In this document: positions 1 to 13,222 of the stretch, one piece after another
Layout: every line of letters starts with the position of its first letter
Position numbering within the stretch: position 1 is the first letter of the stretch
From: Octopus sinensis
Lineage: Eukaryota
Length of the DNA: 64,000 nucleotides
NCBI RefSeq assembly: GCF_006345805.1
Contig: NC_043001.1
Coordinates: forward strand, 66,340,001 to 66,404,000
Reading direction: 5' to 3'
The notes under the pieces: generated by a model
Database searches by the model: none
Told to the model about the DNA's origin: nothing
The model's input: the letters and a program-made list of their open reading frames with translations, nothing else
Program-made: the position numbers and the translations under genes

Positions 1-257
1 CTTTCTGTAACTTGAAGGAACACCCTGACACATCTTTAACATATCTCTTTTTCAACAGGGGTAACCATGCACACACACCCCCACATACACCTACAGCAAA
101 ACACCTGTTCCTGTCCTTCTATTATCCTTTAACCTTTCATCACCTGGCATAATATTCTCAATATTGCACTCCACTTCAGTTGAGGAGTCTTGTCTTGCAA
201 CTTACTTGGTATCTCACCAATACCAGTGCCATATCAAAAGCAGCAAATCTATCCTGT

Positions 258-405
258 GAAGTAGTTGGCATTAGGAAAAGCATCCAACCATACAAACCAT
301 GCCAATACAGACATTGGAGCTTGACACAGTCTAGTTCACCAGCTCCTGTTGAACTATCCAACCCATGGTAGCATGGAAAATGGATGTTAAATGGCAGTGA
401 TGATA
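258..405 (+). mobile_element. RTE LINE 3' UTR/tail fragment
   Basis: Reverse complement of the ATCATCGTTTAACGTCCGTTTTCCATGCTAGCATGGGTTGG terminus seen at 8523, 17755 and 59750; ends in a degenerate (GAT)n tail. Confidence 0.75.
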
Positions 406-751
406 TATAGCTTTTCTTTTTTACTTTACATGAAGGGGAAACAACATTTCAAACAAATTCAAATATGAAATTGTAATGATTTAAAACAATTTCCCACCTA
501 TTTAAATATTTTACTCTTTCTTACCTGCTTCTCTTTTAAGCTGTAACCAAGTAGATGCATATAGGTATATAAAGGGATGTTATTTGTATGTGGATATTTC
601 CAACACTTTTTTCAAAATATGCTACAGTGTGTCACACTCATGAAAAAGCTACAGCAAATGGGAAAATTTATTTGATGTTCCTTCCATTCTTTAACTTTCA
701 CTACTTGTCACATTTTTCTTTTCACAATGGTCAATGTGGCACTATCTGCTT

Positions 752-1125
752 ATGGCCCAGTGGTTAGGGCAGCGGACTCGCGGTCGTAGAATCGCGGTTT
801 AGATTCCCAGACCGGGCGTTGTGAGTGTTTATTGAGCGAAAACACCTAAAGCTCCATGAGGCTCCGGCAGGGGATGGTGGTGATCCCTGCTGTACTCTTT
901 CACCACAACTTTCTCTCACTCTTTATTCCTGTTTCTGTTGTACCTGTATTTCAAAGGGCCGGCCTTGTCACTCTCTATGTCACGCTGAATATCCCCGAGA
1001 ACTACGTTAAGGGTACACGTGTCTGTGGAGTGCTCAGCCACTTACACGTTAATTTCAGGAGCAGGCTGTTCCGTTGGTCGGATCAACCGGAACCCTCATC
1101 GTCGTAACCGACAGAGTGCTTCCCC
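752..1125 (+). mobile_element. tRNA-derived SINE
   Basis: A-box-like TGGCCCAGTGG (753-763) and B-box-like GGTTTAGATTCCC (796-808). The 3' half (950-1120) matches the reverse complement of 19880-20050. Confidence 0.8.
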
Positions 1126-1637
1126 ACCAAAAAAAAATCTGCTTAGAATAATATTGCCATCATTTATTAACTCAATAATTTATATAATTTTACTTCATGT
1201 AGAAAACTACCACCCTCAATACAGAAAATTACTTGCAGAAACAATTCTAAATAGTAATGTTAGATCTGAGTGAGACATTGTTCTTTAGTGTTGATGGTAT
1301 GAATGGCAAGAGACAGATGGATTAAAGTGATTTAGCGTCAGGTTACAGAAAAATATCAAGAAGAGTGAGCCTGTAAGTATGAAGGTTAAACATTTGGGTG
1401 TGAAAAGGTAAGAGTGAGATTGTCACAGATGGCTTTATGAGTTTAGCCCTGACTATACATTTGTTATGCAAATTAACATAATGTAATACAAGCCATTCTA
1501 ATGCTTAGGTGGTAGACTTTGGATGCAAGTTTTGTTTACAAGCATCTGAAAAACTTGCAAAGAAAGATGGCATCATCAAATTATAAGATGTAAAGAATAT
1601 GAATATGTAAATAGAAGCCTGAGTGGGAGGAAGACTT

Positions 1638-1707
1638 TCACTTTATTGAAAGCATCTCTGTACATGGCTTTTATGACCCTATAAGATTACCTATGGTTTT
1701 CATAAAA
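1638..1707. repeat. 70-bp perfect direct repeat, copy 1 (copy 2 at 3155-3224)
   Basis: Base-by-base identical, TCACTTTATTGAAAGC...GGTTTTCATAAAA. Confidence 0.95.
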
Positions 1708-1709
1708 CG

Positions 1710-1715
1710 TTGTCA

Positions 1716-1752
<37 letters not shown>

Positions 1753-1860
1753 ACATCTATCTTCCATGCTAACATTGGTTGGACAGTTTCACAGAAGCTG
1801 GTAAGCATGATGTCTGCACCAAACTCCACTGTCTGCTCCAGCTGTAAAAACTGTGCCAAA
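1710..1860 (-). mobile_element. Degenerate RTE 3' end with (ATT)n tail
   Basis: CTTCCATGCTAACATTGGTTGGACAG resembles the RTE family terminus and is preceded by a CAT/ATT repeat. Confidence 0.55.
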
Positions 1861-1872
1861 GCAGCTGGTAGA

Positions 1873-2813
1873 GAGATTTCCCTTATTTTTTGTAAAATAC
1901 CAACTCACCCTGCCCTTCAAAGTTATTCCTAATGTCAAATTCTAGTCACTCACAAGCTCTTCTAGGTTTCCTCGCTAATTCAGTTCTCAACAAGTTTGAA
2001 CACTATATCATTCTCATTCACCCATGGCAGTGGGTGAATATATTCTTATGCTCAACTTTTAGATAATTGAAATTTGGTTCATTAAAAAAAAAAAATTGAG
2101 TTTGAATCAAAAAAGAAAAAAATCAGTTTATTGTGTTCATAAGATTGTGCTCATTGAAATGTAGCTTGTGGTGAAAACCTTATTAAAAAGTATTAGCTTG
2201 GAAGAAAAATGCATTCGCAATGAAAAATTTGTTTGGCTTAAAGTGATGAAAAAAATGGTAAGTAACCCCAAAATTAATTTTGAATGAAAATGTCACAGCT
2301 AATATTGAAGAAAACTATACAACAGTTGTGTTCAAATGAAAGAGCTCTATGAGATGAATATTATGGTTAAAACCTCTTCAAAAAATATCAGATACAAAAG
2401 CACTGATGTGGGTTTAATTGACAGAAAAACCATGATCATTTTAACAAATTAAAATTTTCTTTTCATTTTAAGATATGATTTCTTATGTCAAATGTAGTCT
2501 GGCTCGATGGTACAGGGTGCTTAACTGGGGTTTGCTTAACAGGTGGTTTGCTTTCCAATTTTTCTTTTTTTTTCTAAGGGTATTTTGCTGATCTTTTTTG
2601 CTGTTTTCAAAGCACCTCTCCATTTGAGATTTCCTTTATTTTTTATAAAATACCAACTCACTCAGCCCCTCAAGGTTATTCTCAATGTCAAATTTTAGTC
2701 ACTTAAAAGCCCTTCTAGGCTTCATCACTAAATCAGTTTTCAACTGAATTGAAAGCTATATCTCTATCATTCACCCAAGGTAGTGGGTGAATATATTCTT
2801 AAAGTCAGCTTTT
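1873..2813. repeat. Diverged ~190-bp direct repeat pair (1873-2060 and 2626-2813)
   Basis: Collinear blocks GAGATTTCC..AAAATACCAACTCAC..GTCAAATT(C/T)TAGTCACT..GTGGGTGAATATATTCTTA in both copies. Confidence 0.85.
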
Positions 2814-3059
2814 ACTTACATGCAAGCATTTTTGGGCTTTGTCTCACGTATAATAAAAGGATGTGATGAGGTGTCAGGGTGGACACCTTGATACAAGGGA
2901 AGCAGAAGTGATCGGGAACATATTAAGCAAGGCCATTTCCCTGATGAAAGCAGAAATCTGTATGTTTTCCTACTGACTAAGAGTTAAGTCTTTACTAAGT
3001 TAACTTTGATGTCTTTTGATTGTAGGTTTTCCTTCCACACAAGGGCAACCAATCTAAAA

Positions 3060-3230
3060 CTCCTCTGTTACAGCCTAGAAGTCTACGATGAATAGGAGGG
3101 AACTATGATCTGCTACTTGCACTCTAAACTCATCACTGTATTTATTTTCAACTCTCACTTTATTGAAAGCATCTCTGTACATGGCTTTTATGACCCTATA
3201 AGATTACCTATGGTTTTCATAAAAATGTGG
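3060..3230 (-). mobile_element. RTE reverse-transcriptase relic
   Basis: Minus strand reads KAMYRDAFNKVRVENKYSDEFRVQV...PLLFI, homologous to the RT at 60379-61473. Confidence 0.7.
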
Positions 3231-4699
3231 TATGATTACCTTCTTGGTGAAGACAATATAAATAATACAAGTAGAGGTGCACATATTTTGCACCAACACT
3301 TTTGTGCTGCCACTTTCCCCTCTCCCTGGATCTACCTCCCCATGTCACCCACTTCATATTCTCAATATCATCCCATACAACCATTGAACACCATCTCATA
3401 TCAGCCATCATTCCCCCACCCCACCTCTATTTGTCACTCCTACATACTTCAGATCTCTGCCCTTGTTCCTGAGTAACCCCCCCTTTGCCCTACTCTTCAA
3501 GCTGCTCTCTATCTCCTTCCTGTACTGTCACTTATCACCTTCTCCCTGATCCACTCCTATTTATTTCACTCATCACCAAACTAATATTCACTAATAACCA
3601 TGACCCTCTGCTGTTTGACATTTACAGTATTACCTATACTTCTATATTTTGTACCTCTAACAATTTGCCATTCACCTCACACTTTGGTGAACTTACCTGA
3701 TCCTCTTCCGTCTTACCGTTTTCCTCTATCTTCCTCCCTCTCACTTTCACCCTCTTGTACATTGAGGCTATGTCCTAACACCTCATCTCTCCTATTCCAC
3801 AGTAGGATACATGGGGTAGCTATGTATCTTCTCTACAGGAAGGCATTTACTTGTTCCTATTCCTCTGTCATATTCTTGTGAGCTATTTGGTAACCTCAAA
3901 AGTGCCAGTAGTGTGAAAAAAGCACCCAGTGCACTCAGTAAAGTGGTTGGTATTAGGATGACTAGATCCCAATTTATTATGATGAATAGAAAGTTGAAAG
4001 TCAGATAAATGAGAAGAGTAGTCATTGTTTTCAATGGACTGGTTCTTTAGTTATGTGGTCCTGAGAGAGTGGGAATGCAAGTGTCAACTGTCACAGGTTA
4101 ATTTTTGAGTTACTGCTCAGGTAAGAGGTCTTACCGAACCTCATGTTCACAAGTCAAATTGTCGAGTGCAACGGCTGATTACTAAATAGTGGCTAACATA
4201 ATGCTTGATTGCCTTTTCTTTTGTTTTGCTTTCAGACCTTGTCTGTCTACTTCTAGATGAGTTAGCTTGATGCCAGTCAGTAAATTTGATGGGTAGCTGC
4301 TCGACATCATTGGTTAGTTTTTCATGGTGCCATCATTGACTTTAGAAGATCCAGTAGCTATTTATTGAAAATTTTCTTGATATGAAATAATTCTGGTTTC
4401 AAATTATGCAGCAGAATTTGTAGACTCTGACACCAGAAGAATGTATTTAAGAAGTACCAGCAAGTAAAATAGATTTATTCAGGCAAATTCTAACTTGCAC
4501 ATTAAAACAAATTATTTACTAGGAAGATAGAAAAACATTGACAAGTAGGAATTTCATTTTTAATTCGTTTGTAACTGCCAAAAGTCAAATGCTAAGTTTA
4601 AATCTTGTACAGAAATCATTAAATCCTGCAACAAGGTAACAAGCTAGTCGACCTGCAAAATTAGTAACCAAATATCACACAAATCACAGTCTTTTACGC

Positions 4700-6245
4700 T
4701 TTAGATGATCTAGTTGTAGATACATTCTGATTAAAGTAAACTATCTAATAATAATTCAATATATTTTTAATACATACCAATGTTGTAATATGAAGTATGT
4801 GAGATGACCTTTATATTCAAAGTTGTATAATTTTACGTGATCAATAAAAAATTTCCTAGTTCCCTTTTCGCCTAGCGGATAACTGGCGAAATAAATAGTA
4901 TAAAGGGAAATAACTATTAATGTCGACAAGTAATGACGAAGTTGCAGCTTATGTCGGGCATTGATTTCTGAAAACGGTATGTAGACAACGATTTGTTTTA
5001 ATACTAGAATCTTTGAGCATACAGGAATTATACATTACAACGTCGGGAAAACTGTATTTTGATTGTTCCATTTTTATATTGCGTAGAAAATTAAAAACCT
5101 AAACGTAAACAGAGAAATATACTTAATTCCTGTATAATACCTTGCTTCGTCTTTATTTTTTTACGTACTCGAATTGAAACTGAAATGTTTATGTGTTTAA
5201 CCACCCAGGATCATAAAACTTATTCATGCTTCGTCTGTAATAATATAACTTATGCTAAAGTTATTATATTACTTATAACTTACACCACATAGTGCTCACT
5301 GTACTGGCTGAAGCAGGATTTTTCAGTCACGATTTGTTTGACTGAAAATATTTTTTTTTTTAGATATAGAATAATTCTATATGAACACTATATATATTAG
5401 TGTTAGCACATTAAATTAATGAAACTGTTTAAAATTAATGACTATGTTGGTAAAAGGGAATTACTAGGTTTAGCACCCTAGTTTCTGAGATACGTTTTCA
5501 ACGATATCAATTATAATTATGTCGACAGCCAATATTATTAACCGTTCAATAACTTGCTCATAATTCTTGCACAACTTAATGATGTCAGATAAGAGGAACG
5601 AAGACCATTGACGGGTATCGTCCGGGATATTTTCTAAGCTAGATTATAGTTTTTCTCAGTAATTTCTTTTTGTCGTGTAGTTAATTAAACATTGCATCCT
5701 ATCTACTAAGTTTATATTGATAATGAATAATATCAATCAGAATAATGATATAGATGTTTTTATGACCATGAGCAAATTATAGAATAGTTTTAACAGTATG
5801 GACTTCTTTTCGACGCTTGTACAATTTTGTACAATAGACAAGTTTACTTTAGGGACATTCCGCTTTTGACTCATTTTATTTTTTAACACTTTCATATCAA
5901 CTATCCCCCCTATCACCACCACCACACACACAATAGCTAAATACTTTTAGATACCAACTCTATGAGTAGAAAATCAATAGCTGGCAACAAATGAGAGGCG
6001 TGTACAATACAAAATGTTTTAATTTCTTGCTATTCATTGATAGTCTCTAACCATTCCTGTTCGTTTTTGTTGGTTTCGCCGACTAAGTGGTAGATTTTCA
6101 ATTATTTAAGAATTTTTGGCAATAGTCATTGCATCCGCTCTTAACTATCTTCATGTTAAGAATTACCCTTGAAATACAGGTTTGGGGGGGGAAATTGCAT
6201 TTTCTTTTTTCTCTCACAAATATTCTTTCTTATCTCTCAGTGGAG
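4700..6245 (+). promoter_or_regulatory. CpG-retaining region; candidate promoter/first exon of the ZNF gene
   Basis: Many intact CpGs compared with the CpG-poor DNA downstream, no recognisable TE, and a consensus donor GAG|GTGAGT at 6245/6246. The link to the ZNF gene is inference. Confidence 0.35.
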
Positions 6246-6449
6246 GTGAGTTAGTTCCCTTGCTATATAAGGAGTGGCGGTGTGGTAAATAGCTTGCTTA
6301 TGAACCACAGAGATTCCTACTGAAGAATCTACTAGAGTAGATGCATGCGCTTATATATGATTTATAAAAACGTGACATATTAATAAAAATCTGTACATGT
6401 ACAACCATCCAGATTTCTGAATACCTTATTTTTTCTAATATATATACAT

Positions 6450-8260
6450 ATCGTTGCATCCATGAGTTGCACAGGTTGTCCTTGGCAACCCTCTGAATGA
6501 GGCTCCAGTCAGTTGTGATCTCTGCTAGATACTTCCTTGCTCACGGAGACTATGTGGCATGTGGCCAACAAAGATAGGCCGTCACCCCAGCCTGATTTTC
6601 AGAGAAGAGAATATGATATGCATGATCCAACACGGATAATCGGGCAGCATGACCAAACAGTCTGAGCTGTCGCCCCTGAATCATACTAGTAACAAGATGC
6701 ATCCCAGTGTCTGAGTACAGTCGTTGTTTGGATACGAAACTCCACCAATGGTAGCCTGTAATCCTGGGGTGTGTCTTAGAATTAAATGAGTTCATGCGGA
6801 TCCTAAGGGCCCCAACAGTGTGTCTCAAGTCTTGCAACTATAGAGCAAGACAGAGAAAGCTAGAGACCAGAAGACCCGAACCATTGTCCTCCTGCCCAGA
6901 TATCGACAGTACTAAACTCCCTTATCCAGTGAATCCACAACTAAACCTTTTTAAGACTTCAGACTATCAGCTAATGCTGCTATGGTGAAATAGGTGAAGT
7001 GATCAACAACTTTGACATTCTCACCCACAACAGAGACAGACAAGATGAAGTCCTCTAGGAAGCCAACAAAAGACTGGATCTTTGTCTTGACCCAAGAAAC
7101 TCAAAGGCCAAATCTTTCCACTTCCTCACTCAATGAAAGGAGAGCATTCTTTAAGACATACAGAAACTGAGCAAGAATAACTGTGTCATCAGCAAAATCC
7201 TACTTACACTGATATGCATTTTACAACTAGATCAAGCCACCATCTGGCCAAGTATCCAGTTCATGTAGACATTGAACAAAGTAGGAGCTGAAACACAACC
7301 CTGACAGGCCTCACATCTAACTATGAAAAGGTCAAGTGTTGAATAAATCTGAACTGCACTTACTGTTTTAGTATACAAAGCTGCCATCAACCCCATCAGT
7401 TAGGGAGGTATACATTGCAATTCCAGTATCTTCCAGAGCATATCCCTGTCCATTGATGAATCAAGTGCCTTGTGGAGGTCAGCAGAAGCTAAAAGCAGCC
7501 CCTGCTGAAAACTCCACTTGCATTTGATGAGTACTCAGAGACAGAATCTTGTCAGCAACTGATTTCTTTGGTATGAACCCTGGCTGTTCCAGCCACTGAG
7601 AGGCAAGCAGATAATTTGACACTCTGTTTAGAATAACATTGGCAAAGGCTTTACTGGGAACTGAGAGGAATGTAATAGCCTATAATTGTTGCAGCAATGG
7701 TGGTCACCTCTAGCTTTCCAGTGAGAGGTGGTCACCTACCTTTCCATAATAAATTATGCTCCTCTTTGAATCAGGTGGTTATGATGCCACTGCTCCAAAT
7801 TGAGCAGATGATTTGCTACAAGAACAAAACTGCAACAAACCCACTTTTCTTGATCATCTCTTCATGGATGCCACAAACACCAGCTGATTTATCTGTATGA
7901 ATCTTGTATATATGCAGCAGATCACTGCTGACTGGCCGGGCAGGCATCACAGTATTCACAGTAGTGCTAGATGCATTCACCCTATACAACCCCTCAGTGT
8001 ATAAAGCCCTGTGAGACCCAAACCTTTGTACTCCTGCCCAGATATCAGCAGCACTAAACTCGCTTATCCAGTGAGTCCACAACCAAACCTTTTTAAGACT
8101 TCTGGCTAGGGCTGCTATGGTGAAATAGGTGAAGTGCTCTATCAGGAGCACTCCATGTGAAGAGATCAAAGTAAATGGTAGACAAACATTTAGATTAGCA
8201 GTTAAGGCTAAGATGAAATGATATTTCACTAGTATCTGGTATTCAGCCAATCCACAAGTA
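6450..8260 (-). mobile_element. Old RTE LINE relic with an internally repeated segment
   Basis: Fragments VFWSLAFSVLLYSCKT and IQGRQLRLFGHAARL (RTE C-terminal region). A ~100-bp segment occurs at both ~6905-7005 and ~8045-8140. Confidence 0.7.
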
Positions 8261-8522
8261 TCCAAGTATTATTGGTACATTTAACATGATGTAATTGTAA
8301 CAATAAACACAGGATGGATTACATAGGTATTACTGCATCTGTTTCAGTAGCATACTTATTATTATTACCACATTGTGTTATACAATTTGGCATTCAATAA
8401 CATGCAAGATTATATAAGACTATATCAAAAAGTTATTTACTTAACATTGCCACATTTTCAGGTGATATTACACTTGAGTTTAAGGCAGCAAACTTTGTGG
8501 CTTTACATCCATCTTTACATTT

Positions 8523-9955
8523 ATCATCATCATCATCATCATCGTTTAGCGTCCGTTTTCCATGCTAGCATGGGTTGGACGGTTCTACTGAGGTCTGTGA
8601 AGCCAGAAGGCTTCATCAGGCCCAGTCAAATCTGGCAGTGTTTCTACGGCTGGATGCCCTTCCTAATGCCAACCACTCCGTGAGTGTAGTGGGTGCTTTT
8701 TACGTGCCACCCGCACAGGTGCCAGACAGAGCTGGCAAACGGCCACGAACGGATGGTGCTTTTTATGTGCCACCGGCACGGGGGCCAGGCGAGGCTGGCA
8801 ACGGACATGAACGGATGGTGATTTTTACGTGCCACCGACACAAGGCCAGTCGGGGCAGCGCTGGTAACGGTCGCGAAACGGAAGCTTCTCTTACATGCCA
8901 CCAGCACTGGTAACACATCTGCAATTTCCATTGATCGATTCTGATCCTGATCCTCACTTGCCTCAACAGGTCTTCACAAGTAGAGTTTTGTGTCCCAAGA
9001 AGGGAAGGTATGCATACGTAGGCTGGCTCCATCCCATGTAGAAGGCCACGGGTTATGGACTCACTTGTCCTGCCGGGTCTTCTCGTGCACAGCACACTTC
9101 CAGAGGTCTCGGTCTCTAGTCATTTCCTCAGTGAGACCTAAAGTTCGAAGGTCGTGCTTCACCACCTCGTCCCAGGTTTTCCTGGGACTGCCTCTTCCGC
9201 AGGTTCCCTCAACCGCTAGGGTGTGGCACTTTTTCACACAACTATCTTCATCCATTCTCGCCACATGACCATACCAGCGCAAACGTCTCTCTTGCACACC
9301 ACAACTGATGCTTCTTAGGTCCAGCTTTTCTCTCAAGGTACTTACACTCTGCCGAGTATGAGTACTGACATTACACATCCATCGGAGCATACTGGCTTCA
9401 TTTCTTTCCAGCTTACGCATATCCTCAGCAGTCACGGCCCATGTTTCACTGCCATGTAGCATGGCTGTTCATGCACACGCATCATACAGTCTGCCTTTCA
9501 CTCTGTGCGAGAGGCCTTTTGTCACCAGCAGAGGTAAGAGCTCTCTGAACTTTGCCCAAGCTATTCTTACTCTAGCAGTTACACTTTCAGCACACCCGCC
9601 CCCGCTGCTGACTTGGTCACCTAGGTAACGGAAACTATCAACTATTTCTAGTTTTTCTCCCTGGAAAGTGACGGAAGTTGGTCTCAGAGCATTTTCAGTG
9701 TTTATTGTTCCTGAGCATCTGCCACATACAAAGACCATCTTCCTAGTTAGCCTTCCTTTGACATTGCTGCACCTCTTATGTGTCCATAGCTTACACTTGG
9801 TGCATCTTATAGAGTTTCTACCTACACCTTTTCTACAGATCGAGCAGGGCCATCTACCTGAAGGCGTTTGTGATTTGTCTACCTTCCTACTGATTACGAC
9901 TTTGGTTTTAGCTAGATTGACTCTGAGGCCCTTCGATTCTAATCCTTCCGAGTTC
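8523..9955 (-). mobile_element. 5'-truncated RTE LINE (PHD-in-RT family)
   Basis: ORFs 9469-9957 and 9061-9462 (GLRVNLAKTKV, RYLGD, LHGSETW, RRLRWYGHVARM), a ~540-bp 3' UTR and a (GAT)n tail ending at 8523. Confidence 0.95.
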
Positions 9956-10065
9956 AAATTCCACTGAGGTCAACTTTGCCTTTCATCTTCTTGGGGTTGA
10001 TGAAATAAGTACTAGTTGCACATGGGTCAATGTAATCAACTTACCCCTTTCCTTGAAACAGCTGG
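9945..10065 (+). mobile_element. Partial SINE (B-box plus central domain)
   Basis: GAGTTCAAATTCC B-box followed by GAGGTCAACTTTGCCTTTCATC...AAATAAGTAC; an inverse copy lies at 20540-20640. Confidence 0.65.
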
Positions 10066-10207
10066 CCTTCTGTCAAAATTTGAAACTGTTGTTACACTTG
10101 AAGTTTATTAGGTGATATGCACCACTGGAATGATGATAGCATATAAAGAATATTAACTGAAGATGTGAGAACATTATGTAAATGTTGATACATAATCTTA
10201 TATACAT

Positions 10208-10565
10208 GCAGGCATGGCTGTGTGGTAGAAAGTTTGCTTTCCAACCACATGGTTCCTGGTTCAGTCTTACTGTATGGCACCTTGGGCAAGTGTCTTCTAC
10301 TATAACCTCAGATTGACCAAAGCCTTGTGAGTGGATTCAGTAGACAGAAACTGAAAGAAGCCCATTATATATATATATGTGTGTGTGTGCTTGACAACCA
10401 GTGTTGGTGTGTTTAAGGCCCTGTAACCTAGCTGTTCAGCAAGAGTCCAATAGAATACGTACCAGACTTAACAAAAAATTAATTATTGGGGTTGATTCAT
10501 TCAACTAAAAATTCATCTAGGCGATGCCCCAGTATGGCCACAGTCTAATGACCGAAACAAGTAAA
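10208..10565 (+). mobile_element. tRNA-derived SINE with internal (TA/TG)n
   Basis: Head GGCTGTGTGGTAG...GGTTCAGTC, body GGCACCTTGGGCAAGTGTCTTCTACTATA; same family as 51409-51714 and 52421-52815. Confidence 0.85.
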
Positions 10566-11602
10566 TCTAGTATGTTATTGAATGCTAAATTGTATGACAC
10601 AATATGTTAATAAATTTGCTACTGAATCTCATGTACTACTACACATACACATACACTCACTGTGTTATTAAGAAGCTCACTTCTCAACCATGAAGTTTTG
10701 GGTTCAGTTTCTGTACATGACACTTTGGTGGTCAAGTGTTTTCTATTGTCGTGAGTTAGTGAGTAGTGATAGAAATTGAAAGTACGTAATCTGTTGTATA
10801 AGTGTGTGTGTGTGTGTATGTATGTGCATGTGACTGCATTTACATTTTTTGTGCTTCTCTAAAAATCACTGCACTTCACTAGTTAACTGCCATTCTTCAC
10901 TAAAGGAGAATTATACGAAGTATTTTCTTTTGTTAAATTGCCATTTCCTTCTTCATTAATATCAGGTTTCTTCTTGTTTGGTTTGCCATAATGTTCCTGC
11001 TATTGATCACAATTATCTAAATCAGGACTGACATTGGGCTAAACAACAGACCACCAAGGGAGCTTTTATTTGTTATGTTTGACCTACTAGAAATTGTAGC
11101 CAACTCTCTCTCTCTGTCACACCTCATAAGTTTTTAAAAGTGCACTGGATAATGTAGTTCTAGATATACAATGTTTAAGAGATAACTAGGGTGTTCATTG
11201 CCCAATACCTTTCTTCCTGAGTCAGCTCACTTAGGAGTGCCATATGGCGAAACAACAAAAAGAAGTTATGTATCTGTAGAGAAGATTTATCATACATTAT
11301 GCTGTTTAACATATAATATTACACAATGTGAAGGTTGAGCTATAGTCTGTAAATATGTAAACTTCACACAAAGTTGTAAGTTTATTATCATAATTTAGAT
11401 TAAATTTCTATGTTAGTACATTTTGGATGGGTTGTCACTTAGAGTATCTTGGTCTTAATGGTCTAAAATGGAAATTTTTTTAAACAAAAAAGTTAACAGT
11501 CCCTATTTATTTGGGGTTTTGGGCATGAGCTAAGAATCAGTCAGGTGCAAAGGAATTTGAACAAAACTACAGCCTTCTAATCATGACTATTCTTTCCCTT
11601 AA

Positions 11603-11839
11603 CCCTAAATTCTTCGAACCCATGAGTACATATTTGTAGGTAGGATTTCATTTGGCTATACCCAAGGAAGACACACAAGTAGACAGTCACATGGTTTTGT
11701 GTTTACACCTGAAAATTTTATGTTTCTTCTAATTAATGACTCATACACACAAAACCATGTGACTGTCTACTTTTGCATCTTCCAGGGGTATGGTCAAACA
11801 AAATCATGCCTGTTAAAGTGTACACATGGGTTCAAAGGT
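11603..11839. mobile_element. Hairpin MITE with TTAA flanks (piggyBac-like ends)
   Basis: ~90-bp imperfect inverted arms (11613-11702 and 11747-11836); TTAA at 11599-11602 followed by CCCT, and TTAA at 11840-11843. Confidence 0.75.
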
Positions 11840-12715
11840 TTAAATTTAACCCTAGCCAATAATGTGTTTCATAAACTGTGTAGAATTTTATTGGATACTA
11901 GCATATACACCCGTCCTTTGGATGGTTTAAGTTGCTTTAATGGGGGTTTTTTCCACCAAATAATTGAACTACTGAGAAGGTTTATGAGTAGCATGGCAAT
12001 CTATGTTTCTGATTAACCTAGGAACAGAAAATCAAATTGAAAGCTGGTTATTTTGGAGCTTGTTGCACTTAAATGATCATAGAACATATAAGTTCATAAG
12101 TGATGCAAAGTAGAGCTACTAAAGTGTTTGGGGAGTAGATTATGGATAATGACTACAAAATATAGTTGTTTTACATGAAAACGAAATTTCTTGTCAGAAA
12201 CAGCTACATAAATAGTGTAAGGAAATTGAAGGAAGATGTTGAAACTTCCCCTCTGCAAGTTTATTTCATTCAACAGGAAAGGGAGCTATTTTTTCAGAGA
12301 GATAAGCTCACTAAAGCCCCTTTATTCTGTCTTCCCACATAGCCTGTGCATAAACTAACAGCAGATGCCACATAGAGTTAAATTTGTATGGAGCTTTCTG
12401 AAAGATATGTATAGCTTTCGCTAGTGGAAGCAAAACTCTTATTTAAAGGTTGATTCTTTGGGACAGATCATAAAAAAGCTAGAATGACAATGCTAAAATG
12501 TATTTGAAACAATAGACAACAGTTGAAATATCATAATGGATGGGTAAATAAGCATCCTTAAAGTAGGTAAACAAAGGTATCAACAAATAGAAGAGAGGGA
12601 AGGGAACATCATCTTTCAAGTAACTCAGAATAGGTAAAGGTAAGCTTGCCAAAGTTTAATGCAGTTTAAATATGGAAATTAAGATTGTTTAGTATTAGAT
12701 ATTCATCATGTACTG

Positions 12716-13222
12716 TGTTCCTAGTAAATTTAATAACTGTTGCAGGTGGATAGTCAAAATAAATAGACAAAATCCTTTCACTTTTATAAAAAGATTAAAA
12801 TAGTGTGGAAGACCCTACATACAATAGAAGAAAGGTATAATGTAGAATATAATTTTATATCCAGCTAAAGGTTAATTTATGTGGGAGCTCTGGGCAAAAT
12901 ATTATGGTGCATGACCATCCTTGGGACATATGTGTGTATAGTTTGGTGAAAATCGGTTGAGAATTGTGGAAATGTATGCATTCAGTGTTCCTAATTAATT
13001 TAATCACCGTTGCAGTTGGACAGATGAAATAAATAGACAAAATCCTTTCACTTTTATAAAAAGATTAAAAAGGTATGGAAAGACTTACATACAAAAAACT
13101 ATGTCCATTTATGTGGGAGCTCTGGGCAAAATTTTATAGTGCATGGCCATCCTTGGGACATAAGTAATGTGTGTGTAAAGTTTGGTGAAAATCGGTTGTG
13201 AATTGTGGAAATGTATACGTTG
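12716..13222. repeat. Tandem duplication with ~270-bp period (Helentron/DINE-like motif); third partial copy at 13750-13805
   Basis: Both units share AAATAGACAAAATCCTTTCACTTTTATAAAAAGATT, TTTATGTGGGAGCTCTGGGCAAAAT and AGTTTGGTGAAAATCGGTTG. Confidence 0.85.

Noticed and set aside
752-826. tRNA gene
   Set aside because: A/B boxes are present, but I could not fold a cloverleaf, the B-box is degenerate, and it continues into a body shared with another dispersed copy. It is a SINE head.
1638-3224. 70-bp repeats as a long RTE target-site duplication
   Set aside because: RT homology continues on the inner side of the right-hand copy, which a TSD model does not predict.
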